From the NCBI GenBank assembly GCA_037447605.1, contig CM074807.1, positions 2,304,327-2,368,326 of the forward strand: a stretch of DNA of 64,000 nt, read 5' to 3'. The notes beneath the pieces were generated by a model, which had not been told where the DNA came from, did no database searches, and worked only from the letters and a program-made list of their open reading frames with translations. Below, piece by piece: positions 1 to 16,968 of the stretch. Position 1 is the first letter of the stretch. Each line of letters opens with the position of its first letter. The translations under genes were made by a program, and so were the position numbers. Origin of the DNA: Zygnema circumcarinatum SAG 698-1b (lineage: Eukaryota; Plantae; Zygnematophyceae).

Positions 1-153
1 GAACTAGCGACTCTTCTCTCGCTCTATCTCTCTTTTTTGATTGAAAGTTGTTTTGCTGTATGGAGCTATTCGCAGATTGACGATAGCGGCATACTTGTAC
101 TTTGTACCTCTCGCGAGGGCTGCTGACTAACGTTAAATGGTTTCTACTGACAG

Positions 154-1298
154 GAATGGCGAGAGGAGTCAAAGCGTATGCAGATGGAGGGCAAACTAGA
201 TCCAATGACTTCGATGCAGGTATGTCTCTTTATGGAGTTTGAATATGTTACATGGTGAGGGAAGGGGATGGACTGCCTCTGTGGGGCGCCAAAGTAAGTG
301 AGCGTGCCTGTTCTGATGATCTGGATATTCGCAGACTAAGGCGGATGCACGGACGTCCTTGATATTCACATATGGCTCTTGGATCTATGCATTGTTTCTT
401 TTTTCGAAAGTAGATGCTAACATTGTCAGCAAACCACAACCGAAACCCTCCTCAGAACTGCAGCTTTGACCTGACTATCTGACATCATAACTTTCATTGT
501 CACAAACTTCAAGGGTAGTGACTTTTTTACCAAAACTCGACCAAGTCATGCCAATCTGCAGGAGAAAATGGAGCAAAAACTGGAGCAAAACAGGAAGCAG
601 TGTGGAGCGTTGACAACCGAGCTCTGTAAGGCACAAGCACTCTTAGTCAACGAACGGAAGAAGAGCAAGGATCGGCATATGCAACTGGAGGAGCGAGTTG
701 CACAACTGGAAAGTTCACTGAACAAAATGTCGAAAGAACGAAGCGACTTACAAGCAGAGGTGAGCCACCCACCCCTATAGCATGATTCAGAAACCAGCAA
801 TCGCCAAACTCACTCCTGCTGCTCGAGCCATGGGAAGTCCAGTTCAGCCCCTCAATTCCTGAAGCCCGTGAACGATGGCTATTGAACTTGGTGACCTAAG
901 TTCATTGCCTGCATCATGTTTATTGTGATGCTTTGCCTAAGGCTGACCTCAGCGTCTGACTTCGACTGCAGATTCGGGAACTAACTTCTTGCAATACACC
1001 TCTGCGAGCCAATGCTGGCAACCAGCTCCACCCATCAACAACAACGCCTCTGCCCGGCCTTTCAGGCTCTGATAAGAACAGTCAGCTGAACGCTACAGGG
1101 GGATTTCTTGGCATGTCTGCGAAGCAGAACAGTAATGGAGGGCAGAGCTTCCTTCCCTTCTCAGATCAAGTGAAAGCAAAGGACTCGAAGTTGCAGCAGG
1201 CTCCTCTGGGGGGGCAGCTCAAGCCACTCGTTGACATGGGATCAAGTAAGGCGGCACAAAATTATGCAGACAAGGAGAACATGCACCGCTGGGCCTAG
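154..1298 (+). CDS. 3' part of a coiled-coil protein gene (5' end probably outside the window)
   Basis: Three phase-0 GT-AG exons (154-219, 562-759, 972-1298) join in frame: EWREESKRMQMEGKLDPMTSMQ|EKMEQKLEQNRKQCGALTTELCKAQ...DLQAE|IRELTS...ADKENMHRWA*. Heptad-like charged helix followed by a low-complexity tail. No family recognised. Confidence 0.6.
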
Positions 1299-1907
1299 GC
1301 TAGAAACAGGCATGGATCATGGATGGGATCCAGTTGTGGGAAAAACAATGTGCATCATGTGAGCCGATTGATTGTACACATAAAGAGTTGCTATGTTTCT
1401 ATGAGGCAGAACATTTCTGGCATTGTACCGTTATAGCAAGTAAGCTATTGTAAAAGATACACGCAGCAAATCGGCTTTGCACTGTGATGAAGTCGATGGT
1501 AGGGGGATAGTGCTTCAACAAACAAAGATTTTTCACTTCACTTCAGTTTTAGAAATCACCTGTAAAAAAACTTGCTGACTTCTAACAAGATTTTTTTGCA
1601 TCACGTGACAAAAAGGTCTTCAAATCACATTATTTTAAAATTTATAACCGCAGCCACAGCCGCGGACACTAGCTCACGCTTTCCTTTTGAAAGGCTACAA
1701 ATTCAATGACGGAACTTGTCTTGTGACATCACAAGACATCACCGGTCTGCAAGTTCTGAACCATGAAAATTTAACTCAAGAGAATTACAGCTGGCGAATT
1801 TTTGCAATGGCGCTGAAGAAATCAGGTATACTGCAGGAGAGGGAGGCAGCTTGAAGAAGAGGGGGAGAAGCAAAGCGGGTGGAAATATGGCCACATCGCC
1901 GCCGATA

Positions 1908-4900
1908 TCACAGATGCGGAAGCAGCCAGGGAACCTTTTGAGCTTTCTTGAACGCAAAGACAATGTCATCGCTGCCATGCCCAAGCCATGCCCCAGCTTC
2001 TGTCAGATCCATCTTCACCATCTGCAGTAAACATGAACAATTGAAGGGCGAATAAACTTCTAACTTCCCTAAACTGCAATGGAGCCTGAGCTAATGCTGG
2101 AGCAGGTCATACCTCGGGATGTTCAGTTGAACCTTTTGGTGCCGATGTCGGCCTCCCGCCTCAGTCAGCAGCAACCGGCAGGCTCCTAAACGGCAGCTGA
2201 ATTACCACAAACCAATTCGAGATGTCAAAACCACTCGCACTAGGACAGCTGGCTAAGCTCACTTATAACAAGGGGAATGACAACCTAGGCAAGCATCAGA
2301 AAAGTGCATACTTCGTTTGCTTAGAGTGAAAGACGAAGCAGTTGTGCATGGCTGCGCATAGCTGTTCTGTTTGTGTTAGCTTTCTGAGGACAGGAATCAC
2401 ACGTGGGAATGTATGTATGCATGCGGTGCATATATGCAAACCATGCTAGGATATGGAATGACCTTATCGCCGATAAACCATCTCGAGGTGGTGGGGGCAT
2501 GCCATGATTAGTGCAGAGATCAATATGAGTTCGGGCGACCTGCGAAACACGAGACAAGAATGGAATTCAATTGAGTCTTTTGGCAGGTTATAGGCATCTG
2601 AAGAGTAAGCCTTTCTGCAGTGTTTCACAGTAAAGACCTGCAACTGCAAACTAGAAGCAGAGATGAGCCACAAAATTCTCAAGCAGGTGGCCTCTCTTTC
2701 TCATCCCATATTGCTTCCGGAGATAAATTATCCATCATACAGTTATCCCATCCATACCTTTTCGAAAGTGGTTTCTTCGACACCTGTCCGCCTCAGCTCC
2801 ATAAGAATGGCGGCCAGAAAAATCTGCTCCTGCAGTGTGCATCTTCCAAGCAGCTGCCGCCCACCCATTCCACTTTCTTCTTCAATACACTATTGGCTTT
2901 GGTTTTAAGTTTAAGTATCCAAAGTATCCTATCTCCTATATTCTCATTGTTAAACCGTTTTGCTTGCAGCATGAAGCAATTAATCCAAGTTGTGGCGTTT
3001 AAAAAACTGGTGCAGCATATCGCCCTCGAGACAGGAGAAAAGCATATGTATCACCTTCATCTGTGGGGCTTCAAACATCTCATGGATGGCGCAATCGACA
3101 TCTCGCAGCTCAATCGTACCAACCGGCTCGTTAGAATTTTTCAGTGCTTCAGAGGAATTTTGCTCTTTATTCGAAGGCGATGGAGGTGTCTGAGAAGCAG
3201 CGACACGTGCCTCCGCAATTTCAGCAGCTCTCCGACAGAGTTCGAGGGCTCGCCTGACATCACCCGAAACAGCTGCAACCTGGCAGACAATGCGTCGACA
3301 TGGGCTGCAAATGAGATTCTCGACCGGTATTGTACATGGAAGGGAGTTTCATTTCAGCACAACAGAGGAACTCTAGGAAAGCAACAAATTTCAGTTGTGG
3401 GTTCGGAGACTGCACCTTCATTGCTGCCAGTTTGACGGCCTGCTGCTGGAAAGCTACAATCCCCTCCAGACGGGCCTCTACAATCTGTGTGAGCTGTTCG
3501 CGGGTATATGGGCGAAAGGTGCAACGCTGCAGGCCCATCCGGCTGACAATGCGGGGCAGCAGCCTCTCGGGAAGGTCCATGGTATTGGCGATGCCTGCAT
3601 GCCCCTCTGCCTCTTATCAGCTCCAAGAATGTTACAAAGAGCTTGAGAGTGCGAAGAGAGGACAAAAACAGTCTGCAAGAAAGTAAGGGGGCAGTTATAG
3701 TACCGATCACTGTGAGGCGTGCACTTGACCGAGTGGGCCAGTCGAAAAGGCTGTACAGCACCTGTACCAAGAAATGGATGGGCCAGTTAATGAAGGTCAA
3801 AAAGCGATACAGTCAGCTGAAGTTGAAGAATTTTGGCTCATCATGCTACTCCAGGTGCCAAATTCCCATTAACTCTCTCTACCAGAAAGGTGAAGGCGAG
3901 TACATTTTGAGTGCGCGTTACGAGATGGTCGAGTTCATCAACCAGCACCACCAAAGGACGTTGGTTGTTGTTTTTATTAGAGTCGGAAAATCGGATCTCA
4001 AGAAGCTCCTGTGCATTACGCCAGGTCACAGCTTGGCCTGTCAGCTCCTCATGGAGCACCTGCAGGTCATTGAAAGAATGCCAAGTCAGACGTTTCGTGT
4101 ACAGATGTTGCCTAGGTTTTAGAAAGAGCGAAGTAGGCGCCAACATTTCAACAGAGGTATGGACTTGCAGAAGAAAATAGAGTAACAATAAAGGTACTGC
4201 AAAAATAGAGCACAGTGAGGACAACAAAACGTGGGGAGGAGTGGCGTTTTACACTGAAGATGTGCTGTGGAGATGGAAGGCGTAATGCGTTTATATGAAC
4301 AAACTGAAATGGAGGTAAATCACTAGCAGCAGATCGTCGACTGATGGAGCGCATGACCTCCAGCACAGTAGCCGTCTGCAAGCGGAACATATACACTGAG
4401 CGGATTCAGCGCACTTCTCGGGCTGTAGGAGACTATGAACTACATTAAAATGACGAGCATATTTTTTACGTTGGAGTGGAAAGAATAAACGAGACAATCA
4501 GAAAGTCGCACCTTTCCTGTCCCAGGGACTCCGCTCACATACAGGCAGCGGCCAAGGGAGGAGGACCCTCCCGCTACTGCTTCCGCCACACATTTCTCAA
4601 TCTCTGCTCTCTCCCTGAAAAGCAGTCACTTGCAAGTCCATCAAAACAAGCAGGACGTGAATCTTCATCTTTTTATCCAGATAGCTAGAAGTGAGGTAAC
4701 AACAATTCCTTGGGAAACAAGTTGCTCGTAATGAGGAAGGGGTGAGCATTGCGTTAGTCTCCATTGCTCCAGAATTTTCACAAAAATCAGTTATCAACCA
4801 AAACAGTTACGAGCAATAACGATTGAAAGATGATTAGGGATCATTTCTATAGGTTTTCAAGATCCGCGGAACCTAAAAAAGAAACACCTTAAGACGCACA

Positions 4901-7574
4901 GCCAGATTGTGCATCTGCAGAGGAAAAGAGAAAGGAAATGGAAAGAAGCTGCATACGTTTCTCGGCATGGCAAGCTTTCTGGAATGGCGGTGGGAAGTAG
5001 AGCTGCTTGTGCTTTGGCAAGGCCTGACAGTTTCGACCTTTGGGCGGAACTTCTCACTAGTTTAACCACACCAGCAACTCCTCTCCGGACATTCTGGTGA
5101 AAGGGGGCACCATAGTCCACGACACACACCGGACGTTTAGAATGAGTTCTAGTACTTTCGCATCTACTGACCCAGCTTTCTATCAAACGTTAAATTGGGC
5201 ATGAGAAGAGTTTCATCAGAGCAGCATGCTTGAAAAGTCAAAAGCACAAGCGGCTTAGGAAAGCTTGTTACCGCTGAAGGCTTTCGGGGTCCGTTGTTTC
5301 TCTGAGATTTGTTTTGAGATTTCATGTGCCCGCCTCTCTTCTGTCTGCGTCCTCGTTTCTTGCCCGTTTTTATGCCAAATGCAGTCGAATCATCACCGTA
5401 TTCGCTGCCATAATCATCATAGTCATCGTCTTCTGGCTCGGACTCTGCTTCATTGCAAGCTTGATACTCCTCGTCGCTCTCGTCACTGCTCTCCTGGACC
5501 TGCTGGGCGACAGCACCATAGATTCGTTACATCGGTTGTTGCTCCTCAGAGTGCGGCTCGCTCAGGAAGCTCGTTTGGAGGTTAACTGACTACTCACTTC
5601 TTGGCATGCGATGGAAGCTTCCTCGTCCTCATGTATGCGCTTGAAGCTTTGCCAAGCGTGGTTGTATTCGTAAGCGCACAAAAAGACATCGTCTCCTTCA
5701 TCCATCGAACGTGCGTATGCACTAGGAGACATCACCCAGCAGTGCCGAAGGACCGAAGCTATCTGCACATACCAACAAGCTCTTATGGTTATGTGTTTGC
5801 GCTCTCTCAGAAAACAAATTCTCCCATCTACTGATGCGACACTTGAGTGAGAGTCGCCAATCGCAGGACTGCGAAGACAATGCAAGAAATTTTCATTGAA
5901 AAGAATCAGGGTTTTAATCAGAAGCGTTAAAGGAGTAAAACTTGAGGATATTACGACCCAAATCACACAATCACAAAATCAGCCCGCTTTGCGCGTGTCA
6001 GTACGAAGACTGCATGGTAGTTGAAACACGGGATGAATACGCACATGCTTAGAATGTGCTTGAGTCAAACGCCTTCATAAATGTTCAACTAAATATTTTT
6101 CTTAATTTTTGGCCTTAGTTTATGAGTCAGGTACTGCAGGAGCAACGGCGTAGCCCTGAGAACAAAGCAGCCCCACTTGCATGTCCCCAAGGACTGAATT
6201 TTTACATCAATTGCATCCTTGTTCTGAGTTCGAAACAGCTCCCTGCGGGCATGATGAGACTGCCGGCCCACGTGCGTTTCTTCTGGCAGGTTGTACCACA
6301 ACACTTCTAGCCAATAATTACCGCTCTCTTCCTTCCACAACCTGCCCAGAATAAAAGACATAACATTGAACCAAAAATTGAAGGTGAAGGCGGGAAAGTG
6401 ATATCCCGGAATGTCCAAAATTGACAGAGCATTTTCACATCGGCAGGCAATACAATGCTTGTCTGCATGCCTTAAGGCATGGAATGGTTCCAGCAAGTCT
6501 TAGTCCTACTTGCTCTTGAACGTACCTCTTGATTTCTCCCACAGAAAGTTCACCAGCAAGGAGACGCTCCTTGGCTGTTCGATGCCGAGTACGAGCACTT
6601 TCATCCTGCATACCAAGGCAGGTTCCTCCCCGGCCATGGCGAATACAGGTAGCACAAAACCAGTCTCCCTCCGGCACAGATTCCAGACATGGCTTCAAAC
6701 AGCTCAAATGGAAGCCTCGGAGGCAGCAGTCACACTCCAGCATAGTGCCTCCTTCTACCTCACCGCAGACAGCACACTCTTCCACCTCTTCATCTGATTC
6801 AGCGCCTTCATCATTCTGTGCTGTGTCCACTACCTTCACATACACGAAGTCTCCCGGTTTAAAAACAGTGTCATCTATGACAACCTCCTTGCAATATTTT
6901 CGCCTCTTTCTTTCTCGCTTTCCTGTGGATTTTTCCTTGCCTTTGCGCCTTTTTGGACCAGGTTCACCTTTCCCTTGCTCCTCTCTACTTTTGTCCATGA
7001 CCGTTTTCTCACTGTGTACACCCGCCTCCACCAGTTGACCGCATTCTTCTGCTCTCGGCTGACTTACATCGTCAAAATTAAGCCTCCGCTTATGGCCTTT
7101 CTTTGCTTCCTTGCTATCGCTTCTATTACATCCTTCTGAATCCTCAGATTCATTGACAAACTCCTCGCCTGTGCGCTTATACTCCGACTGCGGGATAGAC
7201 AGCAGCCCAGCCTGCAAAGCACCCGCAGTGTTTCCATCGCCACATTCAGCAAAAACCCTAAGTCCCATTGGAAGAAAATGGTGGGGCTTCTCCTTCTCCT
7301 CTGCAGAGCTTTCGCCGGTCCATGTGGCAGGTCCAATGTTTGCCGTCAACGGCGGAGTAGCCTCACAAACTGCCTCCTCCTCCCCCTCTTTCTGCTTCTC
7401 AATCCTCCTCAACCCTACGCTAACTTTCCTCCCTCTCCTGCAGTGCGATTTCTGCAGCGGTGAAGCCATGGCTGGGGCTGACGAAGAAGCCCTGGGACTG
7501 CCATGGCGGGTAGATGGGACCCTCTTCCGGCAAGAGCGGCGAGGCCCGGCAGAGGGCGAGAGGCTGGCAGCCAT
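1908..7574 (-). CDS. ORC1: Origin recognition complex subunit 1 (BAH + PHD + AAA+ + winged helix)
   Basis: Exon 1 (7574-6526) has a BAH start (VIDDTVFKPGDFVYVK) and a PHD finger (CAVC...LECDCCLRGFHLSCLKP...GDWFCATC). Later exons give LWKEESGNYWLEVLWYNLPEETHVGRQ, GDDVFLCAYEYN, SLPCRE, Walker A CLYVSGVPGTGKT, Walker B VVLVDELDHL, IANTMDLPERLLPRI, VSGDVRRALELCRRA and the C-terminus QKVQLNIPSDDIVFAFKKAQKVPWLLPHL*. These match plant ORC1. Confidence 0.95.
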
Positions 7575-7737
7575 GGCGAGCAGGACGGGAGGGAGGGCGG
7601 GCCGGCCGGCTCCTGTTGCTTTGCTTTGCTTTGCTTGCGCCGTCCCCAGCCCTGCCCAGCCCTGCCCAGCCCTGCCCCGCCCCCTCCGCCCCCTCCCTGC
7701 CCTCCCCTTCCCGTCCCTGCCCTCCCCTCCCCTTTCC

Positions 7738-7774
7738 TTCCCGCCAAATCGAAATCGAAACGTTTGGCGCCAAA
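7738..7774. promoter_or_regulatory. Two overlapping-type E2F binding sites upstream of ORC1
   Basis: TTCCCGCCAAA at 7738-7748 and the perfect palindrome TTTGGCGCCAAA at 7763-7774, about 165-200 nt upstream of the ORC1 ATG. Both fit TTTSSCGS, and ORC1 is an established E2F target. Confidence 0.7.
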
Positions 7775-7928
7775 ACCGCAAATCGTCCGTTAGCGCGCAA
7801 ACGAGGGCGGGCGGCGGCTCGCGCACGCCTCAAAGCGCTTCGCGCACCACCAGGGCGGGGCGGGCCAATGGCGGCAGGCGGGAGGGGCGGGCCAATGGCG
7901 GCAGGCGGGATTGGCGGCTGATGCCAAT

Positions 7929-8100
7929 ATGCCAATGCCAATGCCAATGCCAATGCCAATGCCAATGCCAATGCCAATGCCAATGCCAATGCCAATGCCA
8001 ATGCCAATGCCAATGCCAATGCCAATGCCAATGCCAATGCCAATGCCAATGCCAATGCCAATGCCAATGCCAATGCCAATGCCAATGCCAATGCCAATGC
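7929..8100. repeat. (GCCAAT)n hexanucleotide microsatellite, about 28 copies
   Basis: Uninterrupted ATGCCA/GCCAAT run from about 7929 to 8100. It produces the MPMP, CQCQ, ALAL and IGIG ORFs in the track. It is preceded by a duplicated unit GGCGGGCCAATGGCGGCAGGCGGGA. Confidence 0.97.
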
Positions 8101-8164
8101 GCCTATCTGCGATGTTGATGACTTTAGACCGTGAATGGTCCGCAGGCTTCATGGCTGGCTAGAA

Positions 8165-8590
8165 TGTGCCAGTGGTTGGCTGCCAATTGTTCGTATTCAT
8201 GGGCAATGATTGGCTAGGTTCAACGCCAATTGTTACGAACCATTGGCAGTGGCTGGCAACCATTGGACGAATCCAACGGCTGCCAACGATTGGAACAACT
8301 GCTAAAATTCGAAAAGAAAACAACGTGCGCTTAGAGCCATTGATTGGCAACCATTGGAAGGGTCCAATGGTGTAGGGTCGAGGCGCGCATCAAATTTTCA
8401 AGCTGACAACTATTTTCCCGTCAAAATTCTAGTGCGATAGCGGTCCCAACCGTTGGCAATGGTCAAGAACTATTCGATCCCGGAACCATTGGAGTAGAAC
8501 ATAGCCAATCATTGCCAATTATTGCGAGCCATTGGCAACCGACGATCGGCCAATGGCTGGCGACCCCATGCATGTCCGACCTCGTTGGCC
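8165..8590. mobile_element. Foldback/MITE-like CCAAT-rich element (copy A)
   Basis: Inverted arms: 8202-8230 GGCAATGATTGGCTAGGTTCAACGCCAAT versus 8488-8516 ATTGGAGTAGAACATAGCCAATCATTGCC (26/29 complementary). Looser complementarity extends outward. The right part resembles the end of copy C (CGGTCCCAACCGTTGGCAATGGT versus CGGTTCCGACCACTGGGAATGGT), with GTCCGACCT near 8575. Confidence 0.5.
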
Positions 8591-8649
8591 TGCCCGCGGG
8601 GTCCCGCACTCACCCCACTTTGCCTTGTGGGGCGCCGCCGCTCTCTTGG

Positions 8650-8651
<2 letters not shown>

Positions 8652-8691
<40 letters not shown>
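8652..8691. repeat. (CCTG)n microsatellite, about 10 copies
   Basis: Direct reading of CCTGCCTG... upstream of the ProRS ATG. Confidence 0.9.
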
Positions 8692-8731
8692 GTTCGGCCT
8701 GCGCCTGGGGGAGCCGTACAGTCCGCTCTGC

Positions 8732-8740
8732 AAACCCTAA
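8732..8740 (+). promoter_or_regulatory. Telo-box (AAACCCTAA) upstream of ProRS
   Basis: Exact plant telo-box about 170 nt upstream of the ATG of a translation-machinery gene, which is the typical context for this motif. Confidence 0.5.
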
Positions 8741-8803
8741 TACAGTACAGTAGTAAAACTGGGCTCCTGCGATCCCGCCCGCTCGCCCGTGTGCGTGCGC
8801 TGA

Positions 8804-13059
<4,256 letters not shown>

Positions 13060-13709
13060 CGGCGAGGATCAAACAAACATGCACACTCCGTTTAGAGTAA
13101 GGTTTAATTTCTGTCTGCCTGTATTTTTTTTTTGGAATCAGCGGCACGAAGTACCTGATTGCCTCTCTGTGGTCTCTCTCGCTCCTCTTGAGCCCTGTAG
13201 GGTCACGTGACAGATGTGAATAGGTAGGGCTGATATCATTCAGAGTAGTGCTGATGTCAGCGCTGGTCGGGTCCGTGGAAGGTTCGCCTTGCAGGGAATG
13301 AATGTCCAGAAATGCTCATAAGGTTGAACTAATTTCATTCGTGTTTCTGGTCCCGTTTACATGTTCTTCTATGATTTGGTTTTGTTCAAGTTCGCGCTTC
13401 CACGTTGTGGAATCTGTTTCGGAATCATGTTGTACCAAAATAACAGTTTGCAGCTCAAGCCAAGGAGGGTGCCCAACTAGATTCCGCCATAGTTTCAGGC
13501 AAACGTAAGAGAAACGGTACAGAACCTGAATTTGGCTTGTAGGGTTTATTTGACTACTTTTTGGGAAGTAACAAAAATGATGTGTTTACATAAAGAGAAC
13601 AATACAAGATTCACGATCAGCCTTAAAAAATGACACTCTTATCCTCAACAGACAACTCAGGAAATTAAATAACCAGAATCGACGAAAAAAATGCTCGGTG
13701 TAAGCTGCT

Positions 13710-16700
13710 TCAACCGCCAAGTTGAAAGGAGCGCACAGCCTGCACCTCCCGCAGGGCAGTAATAAACATATCAATTGGATGTGGCGATAGAACTGCGGTC
13801 GACCAAGCAAGACATGTAGCAACTCTTGAAACCCGTCAAAAATATCAAACATACCTTCTTTATGGGCTCTCGGTACAAGTCTGTCTGCTCGTCCAAATAC
13901 TGCACATGCCCCAATGCATACTCAAGTTGGTGAGATGACTCTTAATCCTAAAGATAAAGATTTAATTACTATGCATTCCCACTGTTCACATCTCCGTAGG
14001 CGCAGCACCATCAACGGAGGACCTACGTCTTGTTGATGTAAAAGAGATGGGCGTCAAATGAGATCTAACCTGTCCCGTTAGTGTGAAGAGGCGGTTGTAC
14101 ATTCCGTTGTCCCGAAGTCCTACTGCTGAAATGAAGCACACTTTGGGCTCTCCCACCTTCTGAATGGTGTACTCCACCATATAGAATCCTGCATAGGCTC
14201 AAACAAAGTGGCATGGATGCGTTCTTGTTATGGCAAAGTACAAGCACACTTCCTTTCCGGGCAAGGCAAACAAGCCAGGAAAAATGGGGGGGAGATGTCA
14301 AACAAAGGCGTACACTATGGACTTTGCTGCAGCGATTCAACAGCAACGACAGACTGCCATAGGCAAACATATAGGTTACCTCCAGACGACGTTGCGCTGA
14401 CCAACTTTGCCGCCTGCCCTGGAGGACGTTTCCAGCTGCGATCCAGACCATTCACCTGTCCGCCAAAAACATGCAGACATAACTGTAAGAAAATAGGATG
14501 TGTACACATGCAATGCATCTCTCTGCAAAAATGGATTGCTTCTCAGTCCGGTCCAGAGGTTTACATACGTACCAGAGTTTCCCCAAACATTTCGGGTGTC
14601 CCAAAGGAACCGAGTCCAGTGAAGTCCGCACCTACCATGGTGACGACTAAATTAACTGCACACAGATTGCATAGAGATCAAAGAATCAGGACGTCTCCCT
14701 GCGACCGACTCTCTGAACCTAATATTGCCCCGCTCTGGTAACATGTACAGTCGCTGACAGGAGTCATCTAACTTTGACTGATTCAATTGCAACTGAGTTC
14801 GTTTATGCATTGGATCCATTACCATTCAAAAACATCTGACATTGGACCACCATTACAGAAAGCAGAGTATTCTAGACTCTTGCAGGGGAAGCTGTGAAAA
14901 AAAATGCCATTGATCAGATAACTAACCATTGGTGGTCGCCCTGTCAGCCGGTGGATAGAAAGCAACCACCCTGCGCGTTCCAGCCTTGCCTTCACCACTC
15001 TCCCAACCTGTTTGCCAGGAGCCCTTCTTAGGCATTACCCTACTTGTTTCACATTGCCGCAACTAATGCTTCCATCTCCAGGTCCGACAATCATGGTAAC
15101 AACTGGAGAACCAAGGTACCACCGCATCTCAGAATCATCTTTGGTGCAGATGGCTATCCAAAGTCTAGATGTTCAACTTCCCCAGGGAAAGCACTGTAAG
15201 TGATACAACATCGGGCTCCCTAAATCGCATCCGACCGAAAGTGCTCAGAAGTAAAGAACTGGGAAGACTCCGAGCTTTGAGATGCACTGGTGTTCCATCA
15301 TGCAGGCAGAGGGAGATACCTGCTGGTAGTTGCAAAGACCACTTATCGGCACTGTCTGTGTATACGAAAGTTTCTGTAACCAAGCTCCACCATAGAAGAT
15401 GACGAACAAGAGGAAATGGATGCACAGCTGACATCAAACGTAGAACGAGGGGGCTGAGGATTCTTGAGACGACACGGTTTGGCACTCGATTTTTCTTTGA
15501 CTTAAAGCAGCAACCTTCACAAAAGCTGTTTCACTCCATGCCGATTACACTCATGAAGGGCAGACTGCACCTTCTGCTTGTGCACGTCCCGCAGTAAGCG
15601 ATGCAGCGCCTGCTGTCAGCATCAAGGATCGCAAGATATGGCTCCGTCCAACAGGCGCTACAGTAGGAGAGGCCGCGCTGCAGAAGAGACCAACGGCGAA
15701 TTGGGTCTCTCGTGATTGCGTATAAAGGTGACTCAGCCTACATTGAATCTTAAGGGTGACGGTTCACAGCAAGTCGGTGTCTTGCTCTAAGATTAACAAA
15801 CTGACCTGTGCAAACTTCTCTACGCGTCAAGAAATATCAAAGAAAGTAACGTGAGAAAATCGCAGATATGAAATTGGACGAGGTCTGACTATGCCATACA
15901 ATCAGCTGCTCATCATTCGAGCGCTGTGAGTTCGCACCAAAAGTACAGTTTTGTTCTGTGTTCTGTACGTTTTGATGATATGGTCGCTGCTTCTACTAAG
16001 ACCATACTCTTCTGCTGCTCCTGTTAATTGGAAAAAGGTATTCAAGTTTAACTTAGGCGCGAAGTTCAGGACATAAACTGCCGTATAAAACAACGGCATT
16101 GTGACTGCTGAAGACTTGCATAGCTACAAACAGGATTAGTTTCATCCTGCCAATGAAATGGAGCAGCTCTTTTGCTTTTCAGAGGAATTAAGAAGTGAGC
16201 TCCGACTTTCATAGCCTACAAAAGGAAAAGCAGTCATCTTATACTCTCATTTATGTTGCCAAAAAGCACGCCGACATTTTCGATCCGTGAACCCGAAAGT
16301 GGGGGAGCATAGCACCTCCTTCAGTAGCCTTTCAGGTAACTAAAACATGTTAAAAGTAAGTTGAGAAATAGATGTGGAATTTGCAAGGCAAGGAGATTGG
16401 GCTCACCTGCAATCTCTCTCGGTAGTGCTTGCTGTCACCTTCGCAGGCAGCCTGCTTCCTGCCACGCTACAGATCACTTGCAGGCAATGTGAGAAAAGAT
16501 AAAGCGTTGTTGAAAAAGGGAACGAAGAGGTAGGAAAATTAAATATTTAAATTTCTTCTGATTGCGATAGAATACAATGCCACCAAGAGTTAGCGTCCCG
16601 GCATTCAACAAGCGAAGCGCCTGCAGAAACAAGCCAAAAGGCAAACGGCGAAACATACGGCTGAAGCGCCGAACCCCCAGCAGGCTCCTTTCATATCTTC

Positions 16701-16779
16701 CTACGAGGGGAAGTGAGGAGGATCCCTCCGGTCGCAGGCAGCAGACTTGAAGCGGAGAGGAGGACACGAAGGCCGCCAT
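13710..16779 (-). CDS. PPD2: PsbP domain-containing protein 2-like (thylakoid lumen); start codon less certain
   Basis: Exons give GRSHILRSLMLTAGAASLTAGRAQAE (lumen transit peptide with an AxA site), GWESGEGKAGTRRVVAFYP, VSLVVTMVGADFTGLGSFGTPENFGENL, VNGLDRSWKRPPGQAAKLV, FYMVEYTIQK, DNGMYNRLFTLTGQ and AVRSFQLGG*. These match Arabidopsis PPD2 motifs (GLDRSW, NGWYNRLYTVTGQ) as I recall them. Confidence 0.85.
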
Positions 16780-16968
16780 GACTTTGCAACAGGTCTCGCT
16801 CTGGAACCACGGCCCCGTTCCTGCTTGCAGCTTCAGGATATCGCGATACGTACATATTCATTCACGATACGATATTATTCGATATACCTCCACTTCTTAA
16901 TAAGATATGTCGCTTGAAACGATAAAGTACGATACATCGTTCAATAGAACGGAAATACTACTTTTACC

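Noticed and set aside
7420-8162. ORFs with poly-(AL), (CQ), (MP), (IG) repeats
   Set aside because: These are translations of the (GCCAAT)n microsatellite in different frames.
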